Shown here one piece after another: positions 28,174 through 43,153 of a DNA stretch of 64,000 nt. Numbering within the stretch: position 1 is the first letter of the stretch; each line of letters begins with the position of its first letter. The DNA is from Octopus sinensis (Eukaryota): NCBI RefSeq assembly GCF_006345805.1, contig NC_042997.1, forward strand, positions 70,804,001-70,868,000, written 5' to 3'. A program made the position numbers and the translations under genes. The notes beneath the pieces were generated by a model, which saw only the letters and a list, made by a program, of their open reading frames with translations, did no database searches and was not told the DNA's origin.

Positions 28174-28974
28174 TACCTCTGGATATCCTGCTGCTTATTT
28201 TAATTTTAAATCTCTCTATATAGATGGATGTGTATGTGTGTACGCATGTCAGTGATTGAATATACGACCTACCAATAGACTTGTATATTTTTTTTTCTTT
28301 CTTTGATTTCTGAACTATTTAGCATTCACTGTCATATCGTCTTCTGTCACTTACTGTCAATAAGACATCTATCATAAATTGATATTTTATTCCCTTTTTC
28401 TATCTCCCTTGAATATATTCCGTCATTTCTATTTTTTCTTGTGTTCATTTCACAACATTCCAATTTCTTGAGTATGTATGTTTGTATGTATGTATGTATG
28501 TATGTATGTATGTATGTATGTATGTATGTATGTATGCATGCATGCATGCATTTTTCTTTGGAATAATTCTGATGTGTTTTTCCATTGCAGAATACAAACC
28601 GGTCTCTTGCGGATTGTGATTACCAGAATAAGCAGATCTATGCTCTTGTGTGTGCATTGATATATGTTTTAGATTGATATTCGAGATGATGCGTTCACCC
28701 AGAAACCTCAGACGGAGAATCTTTGAAATGTTTTACAGATCTTTACTCTTCTAGTAATCGATTTTATTTGCAAATCAGTGTGTCTGCCAGTTTTGGGAAA
28801 ACCCGGGCACGTCTATATTTTTGTGCATGCAACACCCACATGAGTGTATGTTTCAGCCCTTCTTTTTCTATATGCAATTTTTCCTGAGTGTCATCCTAAT
28901 ACATTCAGTGTGTCGTCCTTCCGACTTTTGTTGTTCTTCCTGTATATATATATATATTATTTTATTCTTTTCTT

Positions 28975-29140
28975 TGTTACAGTCATCTCACTGCGGCCAT
29001 GCTGGAGCACCGCCTTGTTGTCGAACAAATCGACCACCGGACTTATTCTTTGTAACTCTAGTACTTATTTCTTCAGTCTCTTTTGACGCTAAGTAAACAC
29101 ACCACCAACAGTTGTCACGCGATGGTGAGGGGTACAAAAA
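28975..29140 (-). mobile_element. SINE 3' fragment (gcggccatgctggagcaccgcc family; related fragments near 13.5, 33.4 and 37.45 kb)
   Basis: Recurring motif cagcatggcc.cag / tgcggccatgctggagcacc appears in several places in the window. Confidence 0.5.
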
Positions 29141-29157
29141 CAGAAACACAGACGTAT

Positions 29158-29209
<52 letters not shown>

Positions 29210-31040
29210 GTAGGTGGTTGTGTGCGGGCGCACATGTGTGATCGTGTGTATTTGTGCGTGTTTGGTGAAATGCCGAGTTCCGTGTGTCTATCTTCATCAA
29301 AGTAACTGGTGTTTAAATGTCCCAACTTATATTATTCCCTATACTGTAGAATAATTGTACGAGTATTTCCACAATCTTTCTAAATCTATTATTTCTCCGT
29401 TGTATTTATAAATCCACCATGTGTTCCATTCTATTCTTTGTACTTTTATATATCAAACACTTGTTACTCCAACGATTGCTGTATGTTGTGTGGATAAACG
29501 CGTAGCTTGCATCAAATAAAACAGCAGTTCATGAAGGAGACAGTCAACGAAACAGAGGTAACTCGTAAATTTCATTTGAATTTCATTCTTTGTCGCCTTC
29601 TTTCTCCTTTCTGTTAATCGACATAAATCTGTACGCTATCTACCTGTTGAGTCGTTGTACACTCTCAAGGGTTGTATAACTTGTTTGATGAACTAAAGTT
29701 TCACTGCTTACGTTCATGTGGGGCAACCTATTCGTGTATGAGTGTGTAATGATAAGTGTATTGTATGATAAATTCTCGAAATGCTTTACATTTCTGGTTT
29801 TTTGAAACCCATCTTCTTAAGATTGGTACTCAGGCAGTTTGTTGCGTATCCATGGGCTCATTTTATGTAACAGAATATATTTATTTAGTTATGTAAGGCT
29901 GATTATTCGCCGAAATTCTGCTCGAAATTTCATGCTAGAGTGCATTCTTTCATGTTTTGAAGTGCATGAAGAGATGTTAATTAAAACTGTAGATTAATCA
30001 CCCAAGTCAGCGCTGAATAAATCTTGAGGCAATTTCTTTGCCTATCTTCTATTTTTTTGTTTTGATGAACAAGAGAAGAGCACTCTGATTACAGCTCTAC
30101 ATTTCTAGCCTATTGGAATGTGAAATATATTTAACAATATATTTGATCTGAGCTTCAGTGGATAAGAAATTTCGAATTGAGGTTCTTGAGATAATATATA
30201 AAGTTTCACTATAGAAACAATGTTACACAAGAAGGAATAGGTGACTTTGACATAGGTTCAGCTCAGGGATGTTAACAGTTTGAGTGTCAGGAAAGGGTTC
30301 ATCTAATAATGATAGAAAGATTCATGATATGACGGTTTTTACATTTATGCAACCGTTTAATACGTGTTGGCCAAACACACAGCATGAATGTAAAAATGAA
30401 CAGAGAACATTTTTGTTATTTTGCGATACATATTTCTTTGTTACACGTAAATATCGTTATAGAGACCACAGTTTGTACCAGTGGAGGAATTATATATATT
30501 GTATTTATGTATTGTTAATCAAGTCATGAACAAGAAGTTTATGTATTATGTCAAGAACCACGACCACTGAACAGATGGGATAAAATTTTCAGCCAGTGCA
30601 AACACAGGGCAACATTTTCGTTAAGTATATTTCGTAAACATGCATACAAAATGCTCCTATCAAAAATATTTCTTTACTATCGGAAACAAACTAGACGATA
30701 GTGAATAACCCATAAGGCATACTGTGTGTCAAAAAATGGAGACGGGGTATTGAAGTTCAGGTCATTCTGTTTACAGAAATTCAAGATCCGGAGACTATTG
30801 ACAGCCTTCATCCTCCAATTCATTTACTTTGACACTGTTAGCCGAAGTGCACTCTGGTGTGAAACATGTGTTGGTGTGCAATGAACAATCGGCTTTACAA
30901 GAAAATACATGCGCATTGATGGACACAGGGACGGACACACACACAGACACATACGCACACACGCGCACACACACGCACATACACATTTATATATATGTAT
31001 GTATACGTAGATATGCAAACACAAACATAAATAGATAACA

Positions 31041-31108
<68 letters not shown>

Positions 31109-34100
31109 ATATACATACATATATGTTTGCTTAAAATTATTTATTACATGTATACACATACAAACGCATGCATATACATAAAGACACGTACATTCATATA
31201 CATATGAATACATATATATGCACATAATACATACATGCAAACACACCTACACGTGCGAGTTTCTTGTTAATAAGCATAATGCTGCTTATTACGAACATCT
31301 AGCATATATATGTGTGTTTAGTGTGTGTGTGTGTGGGTGTATACATGCATGTGTGTGTCTTCGCGAGCGCACGCGCGCTTTGGTTTTTATCTACGTAAGC
31401 ATCTATATATGCATAATAAAGTGTAAAATATGAAAATATGTCACAGCATGCAGGAATATGAAGCGCTGAATATACATGTACTTGCTATTTTGTATTTTAA
31501 TTATGTATTTGATAAATTTCTATTGTGTTTCTAAGAAGGCTTCCTTGTTGCCGTCGCCTGATAATTATACCCACTCATTGAAAAGTCTCAAATACCTGAG
31601 CATAGCGTCTCCGAACAAAAATAACGCAGAAAGTAGGAAGTTTTGAATTGAACCTTCCTATCACAGCACTATTGTTCATGTCAGTTTTAACGTATGACGA
31701 TGACCATGCATTTGAATATGTGTATGACTGTCTGCATGTATAGACTTACATACATACACAGATACACACAAATACAAGTACACATATACACACGTATATA
31801 AATATGTATATGTATATTTATCTATCTGTTTGTCAGTCTGTATGTATATACACTCATGCATACTTGCATACAGGCCCGCTCTGTGTGATTCTATTTTCTT
31901 GCATGTTTGTTAAATGAGTACCATGCGATTAGAAATGCTCTATTACCATATGTGCGGATGCATTAAAGTGAATAAATGTATAAATATATTAATATGTTTT
32001 ATTGACAAGAATTAACGAGTATCTCCGCGAACAAAACGAGGCTGTGTTTTCCAAAATGGAGGCGAACACTTTTCTCCATGTGAATGGCTTACAAAATTTT
32101 TATGACACTGGGATATTTTCCTACTTTCCTGAACATGAAACCAATGGTAGCCTTAATTCACAAACAAAGAAAATATATCCTCCATAGAATTCTACCGAAA
32201 CAGCCACTTGCTTTCTTTATATATATATATGTCTGCATGTGTGCGGATCTATATGTTCGTAAACAAATATTGAATGGTACTTATTCATAAACATCTGTAT
32301 ATATATAATTTAAATTCTAACTTTCTCGACCATTCTTGCTGAAAACAGGTCATTGAGCTAATCATAATTTCATTTCAACATGAGTGTGATGGTAATTAAA
32401 TAATATTGTTCGTATTCTATATTATTATTCTATACGTATATATTATTATTCTATACTATATTATTCTATACGTATATTATTTTATACGTATATTATACTA
32501 CCATATAATGCAGAGTGTGGCTTTGGATATTTTTCTTAGAACATATGAGTTGTCTTCCGTCACATCTGAAAATTCAGATATGCTGTGTGATGGACGATAT
32601 TATCCATTCCTTATTTAATTTAGTTTGTTTTTATATGAGGGAGATTTGGCTAACTGGCAGTCTTCAGGAGGTAAAGGAGTTAAAGGCTACACCAGTGGCC
32701 CAAAGATTTTCAGACAAACTAAGGTAGTGTCAATAATTTTAGCATACCAGCGTGATATAGAAACACGAGTTAAGACAAATCCGTCGAGAACACATTACTC
32801 ACAAATATTCTTGAAAGCATGTTGACCGAAAGATATGCTCGAAGAAAGACAGATTTGTCGATAGACAAACTAATGGAAAACATTCGAATCATGTGTTAAA
32901 AAGTTTACAAGTTGTTTATTTATAAATTAAAATTAATGCCGGGTTTAGGAAGTTATTTGCGTTAACCAAAACAAAATAAACATTTAGATTACAAACTCGC
33001 CACTGTTTTCACAAAATTATACTGGATGTTTGACTCAGCTGCTAAATTCTTTTTGAAGTAATTCTTTTAATTGATTGCTTGATCATGTACCTATGATATA
33101 AAAAAAGTTTCTATGGCCAGAATACGTAGCGTAGTGTTCAATAAGTTGAACATGCAACAAGGCTGTCTGCGGCATTGAGTTACATCCTTTTACTTTCTGT
33201 GATCAAATGTTGCCGTGGTTATCTCTGCTTGATTTGCTTTATAGGCTGGTAACAGATGTACCAATCACATTATTCGATATGACTATAAGGCAAGATTACC
33301 CATCAATCTTAGAATTGATTGCAATTATTATTGTATAGTTGGAGCTATAAATGTTTATTACATACATACATGGTACTTATTCTACCAGTCTCTTTTGCCG
33401 AACTGCTAAGATACAGGGGCGTAGTACACCAGTCTTGGTTGTCAAGTGGTCGTGGGGCAAAAGTAGAGACTTATATTTAAAATAAATATAAACAGCTAGG
33501 TGCAACATAATACCATAAAGATATTTTTTTAATTTTAATTCTAAATATATGCATTTTCATTTCGCTAAATCAGCCATAAATTTCTATAAAAATGGCAGTA
33601 GCTACATAACTTATAATCTGTCTTCCATGACCGAAGTGAAGCTGAGTCGTTGAGCAGACACATGAACAGTGTGCGAGTGGCGAAAAAAAAAAAAAACCTA
33701 AAACATACTTGGATTCGTATCATGCATTAATATAGATCGCGGCTCGACCACGACCTGAACTAATGAAGACATTGAACAAGTACAGACGATATGTACCTAC
33801 TTGTCAGTTTTGTACTGTAACAAATTTGCTAAAAACATGAAATAATTAATTTAAGAGAAAGAAAGCGAAGTGGGTAGGTTTAAAGTTATAACAAAGAAAG
33901 CTGCACCGTAGTGACGAGAAGTAGACCATGACGTGATGCACGTGCACTATAGATTTTCCTTTCAGTAAATTACACTACAAGAGTATTGTGGATAACACTG
34001 TGTAACACGATTTTTGTCCTTGGATACTAACTGTTATTTCCTATTTGCTTATCCGGAGAAAATATGAAAGATGGCTAACATTTCCTTCAATCTTTGCTTT

Positions 34101-34114
34101 TATTATTTTTTTTA

Positions 34115-34440
34115 AACCCAAAAGAATCCCTCTCAATCCTTCCACCACCTCTGCTCATGATCAGACATGCACTTATCGTCAGGTACTAAGGAACATGCTC
34201 AACTGTTTAAGTTACTGACGAGCAAATCTTTGGTATTGAGCAGAATATTTGCTGTAGTCCACCTTTTACACGAAGATAAAATATGTGCATGATAAAACTT
34301 CTAATCAGAAACCATGAGAGCAACAGATAACCCTTCTGATCAGAAACCATGAGAGCAATTGTCTGAAACTGCATTTGGACATCGAGGTATTGAGCAGAAT
34401 ATTTACTATAACGATATTTCTGTTTCAACAACGCAGTACT
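34115..34440 (+). mobile_element. Rearranged copy of the repeat also found at 45291 and 50445
   Basis: Shares ggtattgagcagaatattt (present twice) and tcagaa.ccatgagagc (present twice) with those copies. Confidence 0.6.
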
Positions 34441-35354
34441 GAATCTGTCAGTGATATAATAGAAAATAGATCAGTTTCAAATCATTATTGTCCAAGTGAC
34501 AAAAGCAAAGTTTGAAGGGAATAGTAGTAATTTGCTTTGATTTCTAGATAGAGGCAAATAAGAAATAACAATGGGAAAAAACAGAAAATTAATAGAAAAG
34601 AACAATATTGGTAGACATTGTAATCAATGATTCTATGCCAAATAATTAATAACAGGTTGATAATTTAGTTTAAAAGAATCTTTAAATTCTAATCGTCTTT
34701 CATTCTCTTATTGTTTTATGGTTTTTCTGTTAAATGTTATAAGGTTATGTCCATAGCTACACTGTACAGTCTCCATGCCTAAGCAGGCCAAGAAACAGGG
34801 CAAAGCTAACACAAATGAAAACAACCCAAGTAAAAACTATAAAATTTCAGAAGAATCCAAACATAGCGGGATTTTTTCATGTGATGTTAATAACAACCAC
34901 GGTTATGATACACCACGGCGTCTACAACTCTTCATTTTCCCGTCTACAATCCGTTTCACTGTCAAGTGCGAATAGCGCGTCATCCAATACAATAATTATC
35001 TCACGTACAGTGTGTAAGTAAGTATGTATGTATGTATGTAAGTATGTATGTATGTATGTATGTATGTATGTATGTATGTATGTATGTATGTATGTATGTA
35101 TATATGTATGCGTATGCATGTATGTATGTGTGTATGTAGGTAGATAGGTAGGTAGGGAGGTACGTATGTATGTAAGTACGTAGGTAAGTGTACATGTATA
35201 TATACAAACGAATATATATATATATGTTTGTGTATGTGTATATGCATTATAAAAGATATATATGTGTGAGCATATGTAACTATTTATATATGTATACGTA
35301 CATATACATATGTATATGTGTGTGTGAGTGTGTGTATATATATATATATACATG

Positions 35355-35401
<47 letters not shown>

Positions 35402-35511
35402 TACACATACACGCACACACACACACACATACACACACACACGCACACACACACACACATACACACACACACGCACAAACACACACACATACACACACAC
35501 ACGCACACACA

Positions 35512-35582
<71 letters not shown>

Positions 35583-35633
35583 TACACATACACGCACACA
35601 CACCACAGATATATATATATATATTATATATAT

Positions 35634-35668
<35 letters not shown>

Positions 35669-35999
35669 TTATGAGTACACACACAACATGCTTACACGCA
35701 CACAGACATAAAATGAAGAATGACCCAAAATCTCGAGAATAAATTTATGAGTGCAGGACGACTGACTGTTGCTGGCACATTAACTGCTCTAGAATAACAA
35801 TATGATAAGTTTTGACTCTGTTTGTCTATGTAGATATAAATGTACGTTGTAGCATATATGTAAGTGTGGGTAGGGGATGTGTGTGTCTATGTGTATCTCT
35901 GGGTGTATGTGTGTATATGCAATGTTTATACAAGGGTGTGTCTACATGCCTTTATTTATACATACGCGTATATATACACACACAAACACACATACGCAC

Positions 36000-36045
<46 letters not shown>

Positions 36046-38169
36046 CCTACACATAAACTAGTGAATCTGTTAATATTTTCGCACAAGTAATTATACAAGT
36101 GTGTATGTTCGTGTGTGTACGTAAAGTAAAACCACACATATATACACATTATCATTGGCATCGATTAAATTTATAAAAATATGCATATGGAGATGTATTC
36201 ACATAAACGCTTTGTAACTAAGATATTGTTTTTATATATTTTTCAACAAACATATTCAATAAATATTTTTGTGTGTATGCGTGTTTGTCATAGGAAAATG
36301 AAATATCAGACGTTCTAAGAAAGGTTTCATTCGAATGACCTTTTGTTCCACTTCATTCAGAAGAAATATCTTCGCAATTGTTCCACAATACAGGCATTAT
36401 AATAAACATGAGTTAGATGCAATATATTCCTAATATATGAGTGTAGAGAGCACTTTTATGATTTTGTACTACAAAATAAACAGGAACTATATTTATGTCT
36501 GTGCATTCACCGAGTTACCAAAAGACACAGGATACACGTACACGCATTAACAGACACTCATGCATGCACACATACATACGTACGTACATTCGTACATTAC
36601 ATGCACGTACTTATACGTGTATATAAGTCTATATATATATATATATTATATATATATATATATTATATATATATATACAAGAGGAGGCTGCTCAATGGGC
36701 GAATCTTCCTGGGAAAATCAAGAATCATATTCAAGAGTCATCTGTGATGTTTTGTTACTTACTATTAACGTGTCAAATATGAAAGTTGGATGAAGCGAAG
36801 ATGACTTATTGGGTTGGCCGGCGTGCATTTCACTGATACTTTCTCTTTCTTAAGTAAATCTGTATTCTGTACCGCGTAATACTTGTTATTTATAGATTAT
36901 AGAAGTCATATATGTGCTTATTTATTATTCTTGTTTTGGTTGGCTGGTCGGTAAGTCGGATGCTTACTTTATTATATGTTTTTTCTTGTTTTCATTTTCT
37001 TTGTGAATTCTCATTCGAAATATCCCTCACTCTAGCCTACGTCTATTACTTTATACCCATACACATGTCCCAATATTTATGATACATTTATATAATATAC
37101 TTATACACAGTGCATACATACGTAAATATATACATCATGTATATATACATACATTCTCCATTTAAGATGCCTTAAATGAATATAAGCATACATTCAGTTG
37201 CGTGCATCTACAAAGGCACATATCTAAAAAGCAATCATCTACACGCGGGCGAGCACACCCAGATAAACACCTAAATACTAAATACACATATTCACACAAC
37301 ATAAATACAGGTACACACACGTAAAAATACACACTCAACCACTTATTTAAAAACCTCGATAACCGGCAACGACTAAAATAAAACTCAAATATGCCGTAAG
37401 CTCTCATCAATCCCAATAAAGGGTGAAAATCGATTAATAGTAGTCATTATTTTGGCAGTGTCCCAGCATGGCCACAGCCTCTGGTTCAAATCGCTACTGG
37501 ATAAATAGAATTTTTTTTAAAATATCAAAAAAAACAAAACATATCTACATTTGTGTGTCACTAGGTAAGAATGTGTGTGCTTTGGATCAGGAACTGCATT
37601 GTTGGATTCTTAGAGGCACAGTCCTGATATATAACGTGACATTTTAAAACCCGGTAGAGTTCATCTATTTCCAGCTTTGAAAACAACCGACTTCACGGAG
37701 AGTGAGAGGCTGACTGGCTGATATGCACTCCCACACCTTATACGTCTTACTTTCCAGCTTTACTCGGTTCATCTTCATAGCATTTATGAGTATGGTGAAA
37801 TCCTAGCTTTCTACATAATTCTCAGTGAATTATTCTTTCTAGGTTGTCATGTCTTTATTGTATTGTTTCTGTATTACTTCATTCACTAAATACATGAGTA
37901 ATACGTATTTCTTTTGATTTAAATAACCTACATTGTTAATGTCTATTTTGGCTTTTATCGAGTTAGTCCTCAATGCCTAATTATGTGCTGCTGCAAACAA
38001 ACATTCTATTTCCCTTCTCAGCCTTCCTTTCTGCACTACAGCCACAGTTACTACGATTTCGGCAACTATCTTTGGCAATGCAGAACATTCTCTTGCCAAT
38101 CAGATAATCTTTCTTCTTTTTATCTAGTTTTTACCAACATTTAGCTTTTTTCCCTATCTCTGTTACATT

Positions 38170-38390
38170 AGCAGCTCTTAATAAACGGATGTGGTACGCT
38201 TGGTTGGGTCCTTTTGAATGAAAAGAATTCCTCTTTTTACCATTCATTCTGGTACAATTCCATACTGTACAAAGCCTTACATAAGTTTTTGTAGCTTAGG
38301 ATGCAAATTCGTTAATACTTTGAACAGAAAACCCTGAACTAGGTCCGGATCAGCTGCTTTCGAAACTTCGTCTTGCAAAATCTGGTTTGA
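38170..38390 (-). mobile_element. RLE-type (R4/Dong/NeSL-like) LINE reverse transcriptase N-terminal remnant
   Basis: KAADPDLVQGFLFKVLTNLHPKLQKLM*GFVQYGIVPE*MVKRGILFIQKDPTK resembles KAPGPD.VQGFWFK....P.W...G.T.LI.KDP. Confidence 0.6.
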
Positions 38391-38469
38391 ATATCTTCCA
38401 ACGTCATGATAATGTCCACTTGTATTTCTATGTCATTAGAATCTTCTGTTGTATGGAACCAGGGTGCTC

Positions 38470-38880
38470 TTTTATTTTATATATCACAGGCACCCATCAT
38501 CGTTCCCATCACATCACCAACTCTTTTATCTGGACTTCTAGTAATGTCATTTATTGTAGCTCCTGCTCTTTCTGCCCTTCCCTGTACATCGGTCAAACGC
38601 GACGCTGCTTGGCCGACCGGTTCGCGGGGCACCTCCGAGACATCATATTCCGCAATGACACCCTGGTATCGCGCCATTTCCGCTCTACCGGTCATTCACT
38701 ACGAAATCTGTGGGCGTTCGGACAGTCTTTTCACAGGGACCATTAGAACTTCTGCCTTCGCTGTGAACAGGATTTCAACTTCTCTCTTCCCTCCTTTGTA
38801 CTACATAGGCTCAACTTCCCTCCTCTCTTCATCTGACACCTACCGCCTCTCTTCCCTCCTACCTACATCCTCTTTTCATT
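38470..38880 (+). mobile_element. Penelope-like GIY-YIG remnant (a distinct family)
   Basis: TSSNVIYCSSCSFCPSLYIGQTRRCLADRFAGHLRDI..NDTLVSRHF.STGHS (ORF 38387-38746). Confidence 0.8.
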
Positions 38881-39763
38881 GATAACACTCCCCACTCCAC
38901 AGTTCACATCACCTACCACACCACCACACCACACTACCCCACACTTCTCCCCACACACTAGCACCGACTACTTCCCAGCACCCACACCTCACACTGTCAT
39001 CTACACACCCACACACGATCTGCAATAGCGTCATCACACATACTACTATATGAGCAACTACACACTGTGTAACTCAGTACGTACACCACTCAACATCACG
39101 CACACTCCCACACTCACACAAGCATATAATATCTGAACGGAGACAATATATACTCCCACGCCCACACAATACATAACACCTGAACACATGGTATATATGC
39201 ATACACACGCTACAAACACAAAATTAACTTACGACCACATACACACCATACACATGAACACTGTTTGGTCACAGGCATATGAACACACACACATATGTGC
39301 ATACATTACGTGAAAAAGTACACTCCAATTGTTGCGCATAACACACGCACGTTACACACGCACACACATACGCACTCACTCAGATACACCTCAGTCAGTA
39401 GCTCCTATTGACACACACACACTCTTACACATTCGCACGCAACTTTCTCAGATAGACACATGTGCACCTACATTTGGGATCACCAGTACTTTTTTATCTC
39501 CCTTTCTTTCAACCTCTTCTTTCAAACATATTTCCTAATAATTGGCCATGCTTGACCGCTGAATCTACAAGTTTCTATTTTATATTCTCTCTCGGATTAT
39601 TTGTTTAATTTGTCTTATTCCTTTCTGTTGAAAAGCGTAGACTCGAAACGTAAAAGACTGTTTCATTATTCCCGATGGTCAAACTAATACACCTGCCTGT
39701 TGCTCAGCACCTGTTTTCGTCTTTTGTTTTCTATAGATTTCAACTATATATGTATGTGGTTGG

Positions 39764-39820
<57 letters not shown>

Positions 39821-41105
39821 GCGCCCTCCGATCTTTCCCCCTCTTCCTCCCCTCTTCCTCCCATCCTCCTTAATCCCTTCTTCTCCTTTTTCTTGGTCAC
39901 TGATTCTGTCCCCTGCCTTCCAGCCTCTTTGATTCCCTCTCTCTCTGTCTCTCTTTTTCTCTCTCCTGCGACCTGCTGCTTCTTAAACCATTCTGTTGGC
40001 CTTCGTATCTCGACCAACATGTGTCCCCGCTACCGAAACGGTAATTATTCTACGCCAGCTATGTTGTTGTTGTGTTTTTGTCTAATTGGTCTAAAGTCGT
40101 ATGACAACCATCGTTATATGGTTTGTTTATTCATTACTGTTTTCAATTTCGTTTTCGTCTCTTGTATTCACATCCGTCTTGTGCGTTCACATTCCTGTCT
40201 TCTACCAAGAAACTAATGCTTACAGCGTAGTTTTTGTCTTGGCTGGCTGGCCGAGTAGTTGGAGCAAATATCAGAATGAACAGCCGAAATTTGCTATGAT
40301 GATTCGGTGTCTGACTGAAGATTGAAGGCTTCGAATGATTTGTCTGTGTTCCGTGTTCGTCCCTTCTGTATTTCACGTTCATTATATATAAAAACATTCA
40401 TTCTTATATTATTGCGGCGTTACGTGCACCCCCCGTTGTTTGTCCAATTTTTAAAACCATGCACGACTTTATACACACTGTCTTTACTACCCGCCATTGC
40501 TTCTTCACCAAACTTTTTGGCGCCCTCCGATTCTTCCCCTCTCTTCCTCCCCTTCCTCCATCCTCCTTAATCCCTTCTTTCTCCTTTTCTCTTGGTCACT
40601 GATTCTGTCCCCTGCCTTCCAGCCTCTTTGATTCCCTCTCTCTCTGTCTCTCTTTTTCTCTCTCTCCTGCGACCTGCTGCTTCTTAAACCTTCTGTGGCC
40701 TTCGTATCTCGACCAACATGTGTCCCCGCTACCGAAACGGTAATTATTTCTACGCCAGCTATGTTGTTGTTGTGTTTTTGTCTCATTTGGTCTAAAGTCG
40801 TATGACAACCATCGTTATATATGTTTTGTTTATTCATTACTGTTTTCAATTTCGTTTTCGTCTCTTGTATTCACATCCGTCTTGTGCGTTCACATTCCTG
40901 TCTTCTACCAAGAAATCTAATGCTACAGCTTAGTTTTTTTCTTGGGGCTGGCCGAGTGGAGCAAATATCAGAATTGAACAGCCGAAATTGCTATGATGAT
41001 TCGGTGTCTGACTGAAGATTGAAGGCTTCGAATGATTTGTCTGTGTTCCGTTTGTCCCTTCCTGTTATTCACGTTCATTATATATAAACAACATCATTCT
41101 TATAT
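39821..41105 (+). repeat. Tandem direct duplication, period 699 bp, of a pyrimidine-rich repeat between (TA)n tracts
   Basis: gcgccctccga... starts at 39821 and 40520. About 585 bp are shared with small indels, and about 115 bp is unique to the head of copy 2. Confidence 0.9.
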
Positions 41106-41328
41106 ATATAATATATATAATATATTATATATTACATATATTATATATATTATATATATATATATATATTATATAATACATATATACATATGTATTGATG
41201 AATATATATATATATATACACACATATATATATGTATATATATATGTATATATGTATATATATAGACATACATCTATATATATATATATATATATATATA
41301 TAATGTAGTATATATATTATACATACCA

Positions 41329-41382
<54 letters not shown>

Positions 41383-41702
41383 ATATGTATTTTTGTGCGT
41401 GCGCATATGGAATAGTATTTATTCCCCTCAGACTATAGAGTACCAGTTTATAGGAAAGGAAGTGAAATGGGAAGTTGTGACAGTCATGCTTTATGATATT
41501 AATGATCTTTCACAAGGATAACAGCATCGCAAGTGAAGCGATTCAAACTAAAGTCGGATCAGAGAAGATATTCAGTTCAACTCGACTTCCTGCCATACAT
41601 CAGTACCTCCCATATCTATATCTGTGTGTGTGTACGTACACTTCATCTCCATGAATATACATACATACATAAATACACACGCACGGGTATATATACATTA
41701 CT

Positions 41703-41742
<40 letters not shown>

Positions 41743-43153
41743 CATATTACACATATATACATATGTACATTATTACAAACACAAATGCCCATATATATGT
41801 GTGTGTGTAGTGTGCGTGTTATTTACTGACACACGCACATACATGGGCATATATGTTGGTATTAACTAATAGAAGACAAATTACCCGATACTATATTTAA
41901 GTGTAAAAATCTATCTCGGTCAATGCAACTAGCTCGTTATTTTACTGTTTGTAATACTTTTCTATGTTTTGGTTTGGAAATGAACGTGTTACTGAGAACA
42001 CCAAATGGAATCAACTTCCAGCAACTACGTAAATTTCTTTTTGTCTCTTAAAATCAACATGTTTCTCAGTTATATGACGACAGCAAGACAGCCAGAGGTC
42101 ATGTTATGCAACAAGTGGTTGCTGTATGTATTTGAAGCTCATCAATAGAACGTATCATAGTTCTAATTGTGATCTAGTCTCTGCCAGTACGGGCATCAAC
42201 CCTTGACATGTTTCTGTCATATTAGTTCTCTCTTCATTATATCATTGCCATCTATGTTTTTGTCAAGATAGGATTAAGTTGATGTTAGTAATTTAGTTGT
42301 TTTCTTCTTTCCGTAAAGTAGTTTATATTCATTATATATATTTCCTCATCACATCAAATAAGATGGTTAAATTTTAACTTTTGTTTTTCACGTTCATGGC
42401 TAATTTCTTTTGCAATTTAATAATATGTCGCCTAACTTTCAGCGTTTAGAAAATCTAGTGGTTAACTACTGCAATATCCTGCTACAACTATCACTAATTG
42501 AACTGCTGCTCCACTCGTAAAGAGCTTTAATGCAGTTTTTGTACTGAAAATTACTCACAAGATGTGGTCACTGAAGAATACAGAACACGGAGTTGTGAAG
42601 TGGGATCGAAACTGATACATATCATTCATTAGTGATCAGCTTAAAATTACCGCTCTCTAATACATACATACATACATACATACATACATACATACATACA
42701 TACATACATACATACATACATACATACATACATACATACATACATACATACTACCGATTTCAGCAAAATGAATGAATGTTTCTTTATTTGATCAGTATTG
42801 CTTTGATAGAGCAATGTTGTGAAAGACAAGACGAGAGAAATGGTAAGAGGAAAGGAGACAGTGATTATAAATTGCGTTCCGAATGTTGTTTGCCTGGACA
42901 TGAATTTTGTCGTATTTATAAGAAAGCAGACATCTAGAAGGATGAAAATATCAGGGGTGCTAAAGAGGTGTGGGGTCGTTTGAACTCTCCGTACGCTAGG
43001 AAGATTAGAGATGAAGTGGATGACAATATATTTCACTTGACAAGGTAGCACGTGGTTAATAACTGTTACCTTCTTCCATTGTCCCGTAGTGAGAAGTAAG
43101 TTATATTTCCCTGTCATGGGAATGAAATGGGAATGAGCTGTAAGGGGACAATG

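Larger units (their letters stand above)
24066..28206 (+). mobile_element. 5'-truncated Penelope-like retroelement with inverted terminal duplication and about 19-21 bp target-site duplication
   Basis: RT C-terminal/thumb-like peptide KNFVWFNIPYKCTLSTNIYMKF...KNFPTSYRYNRIF..TVRISY (ORF 24300-24785). GIY-YIG region from 26798: SCNCRVKSHCPLLGRCLTENVIYKC...YI..KKRLYNHISPF..TSLSSKIWELK..K*EIIRKAQPC..CELCSME. 24068-24200 is the reverse complement of about 28075-28205. Flanking direct repeat TAAATCTCTCTATA(TA)G(G/A)TGG at 24047-24065 and 28207-28227. Confidence 0.85.

Noticed and set aside
24066-28210. Kolobok- or piggyBac-type DNA transposon reading, based on TTAA at both ends of the inverted repeat
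   Set aside because: The interior encodes Penelope RT-thumb and GIY-YIG motifs, and a longer direct repeat of about 20 bp explains the flanks better.
40290-40340. CTGAAGA...GAA as a hammerhead in the 699-bp repeat
   Set aside because: No viable stem II loop, no GAAAC and no stem I.
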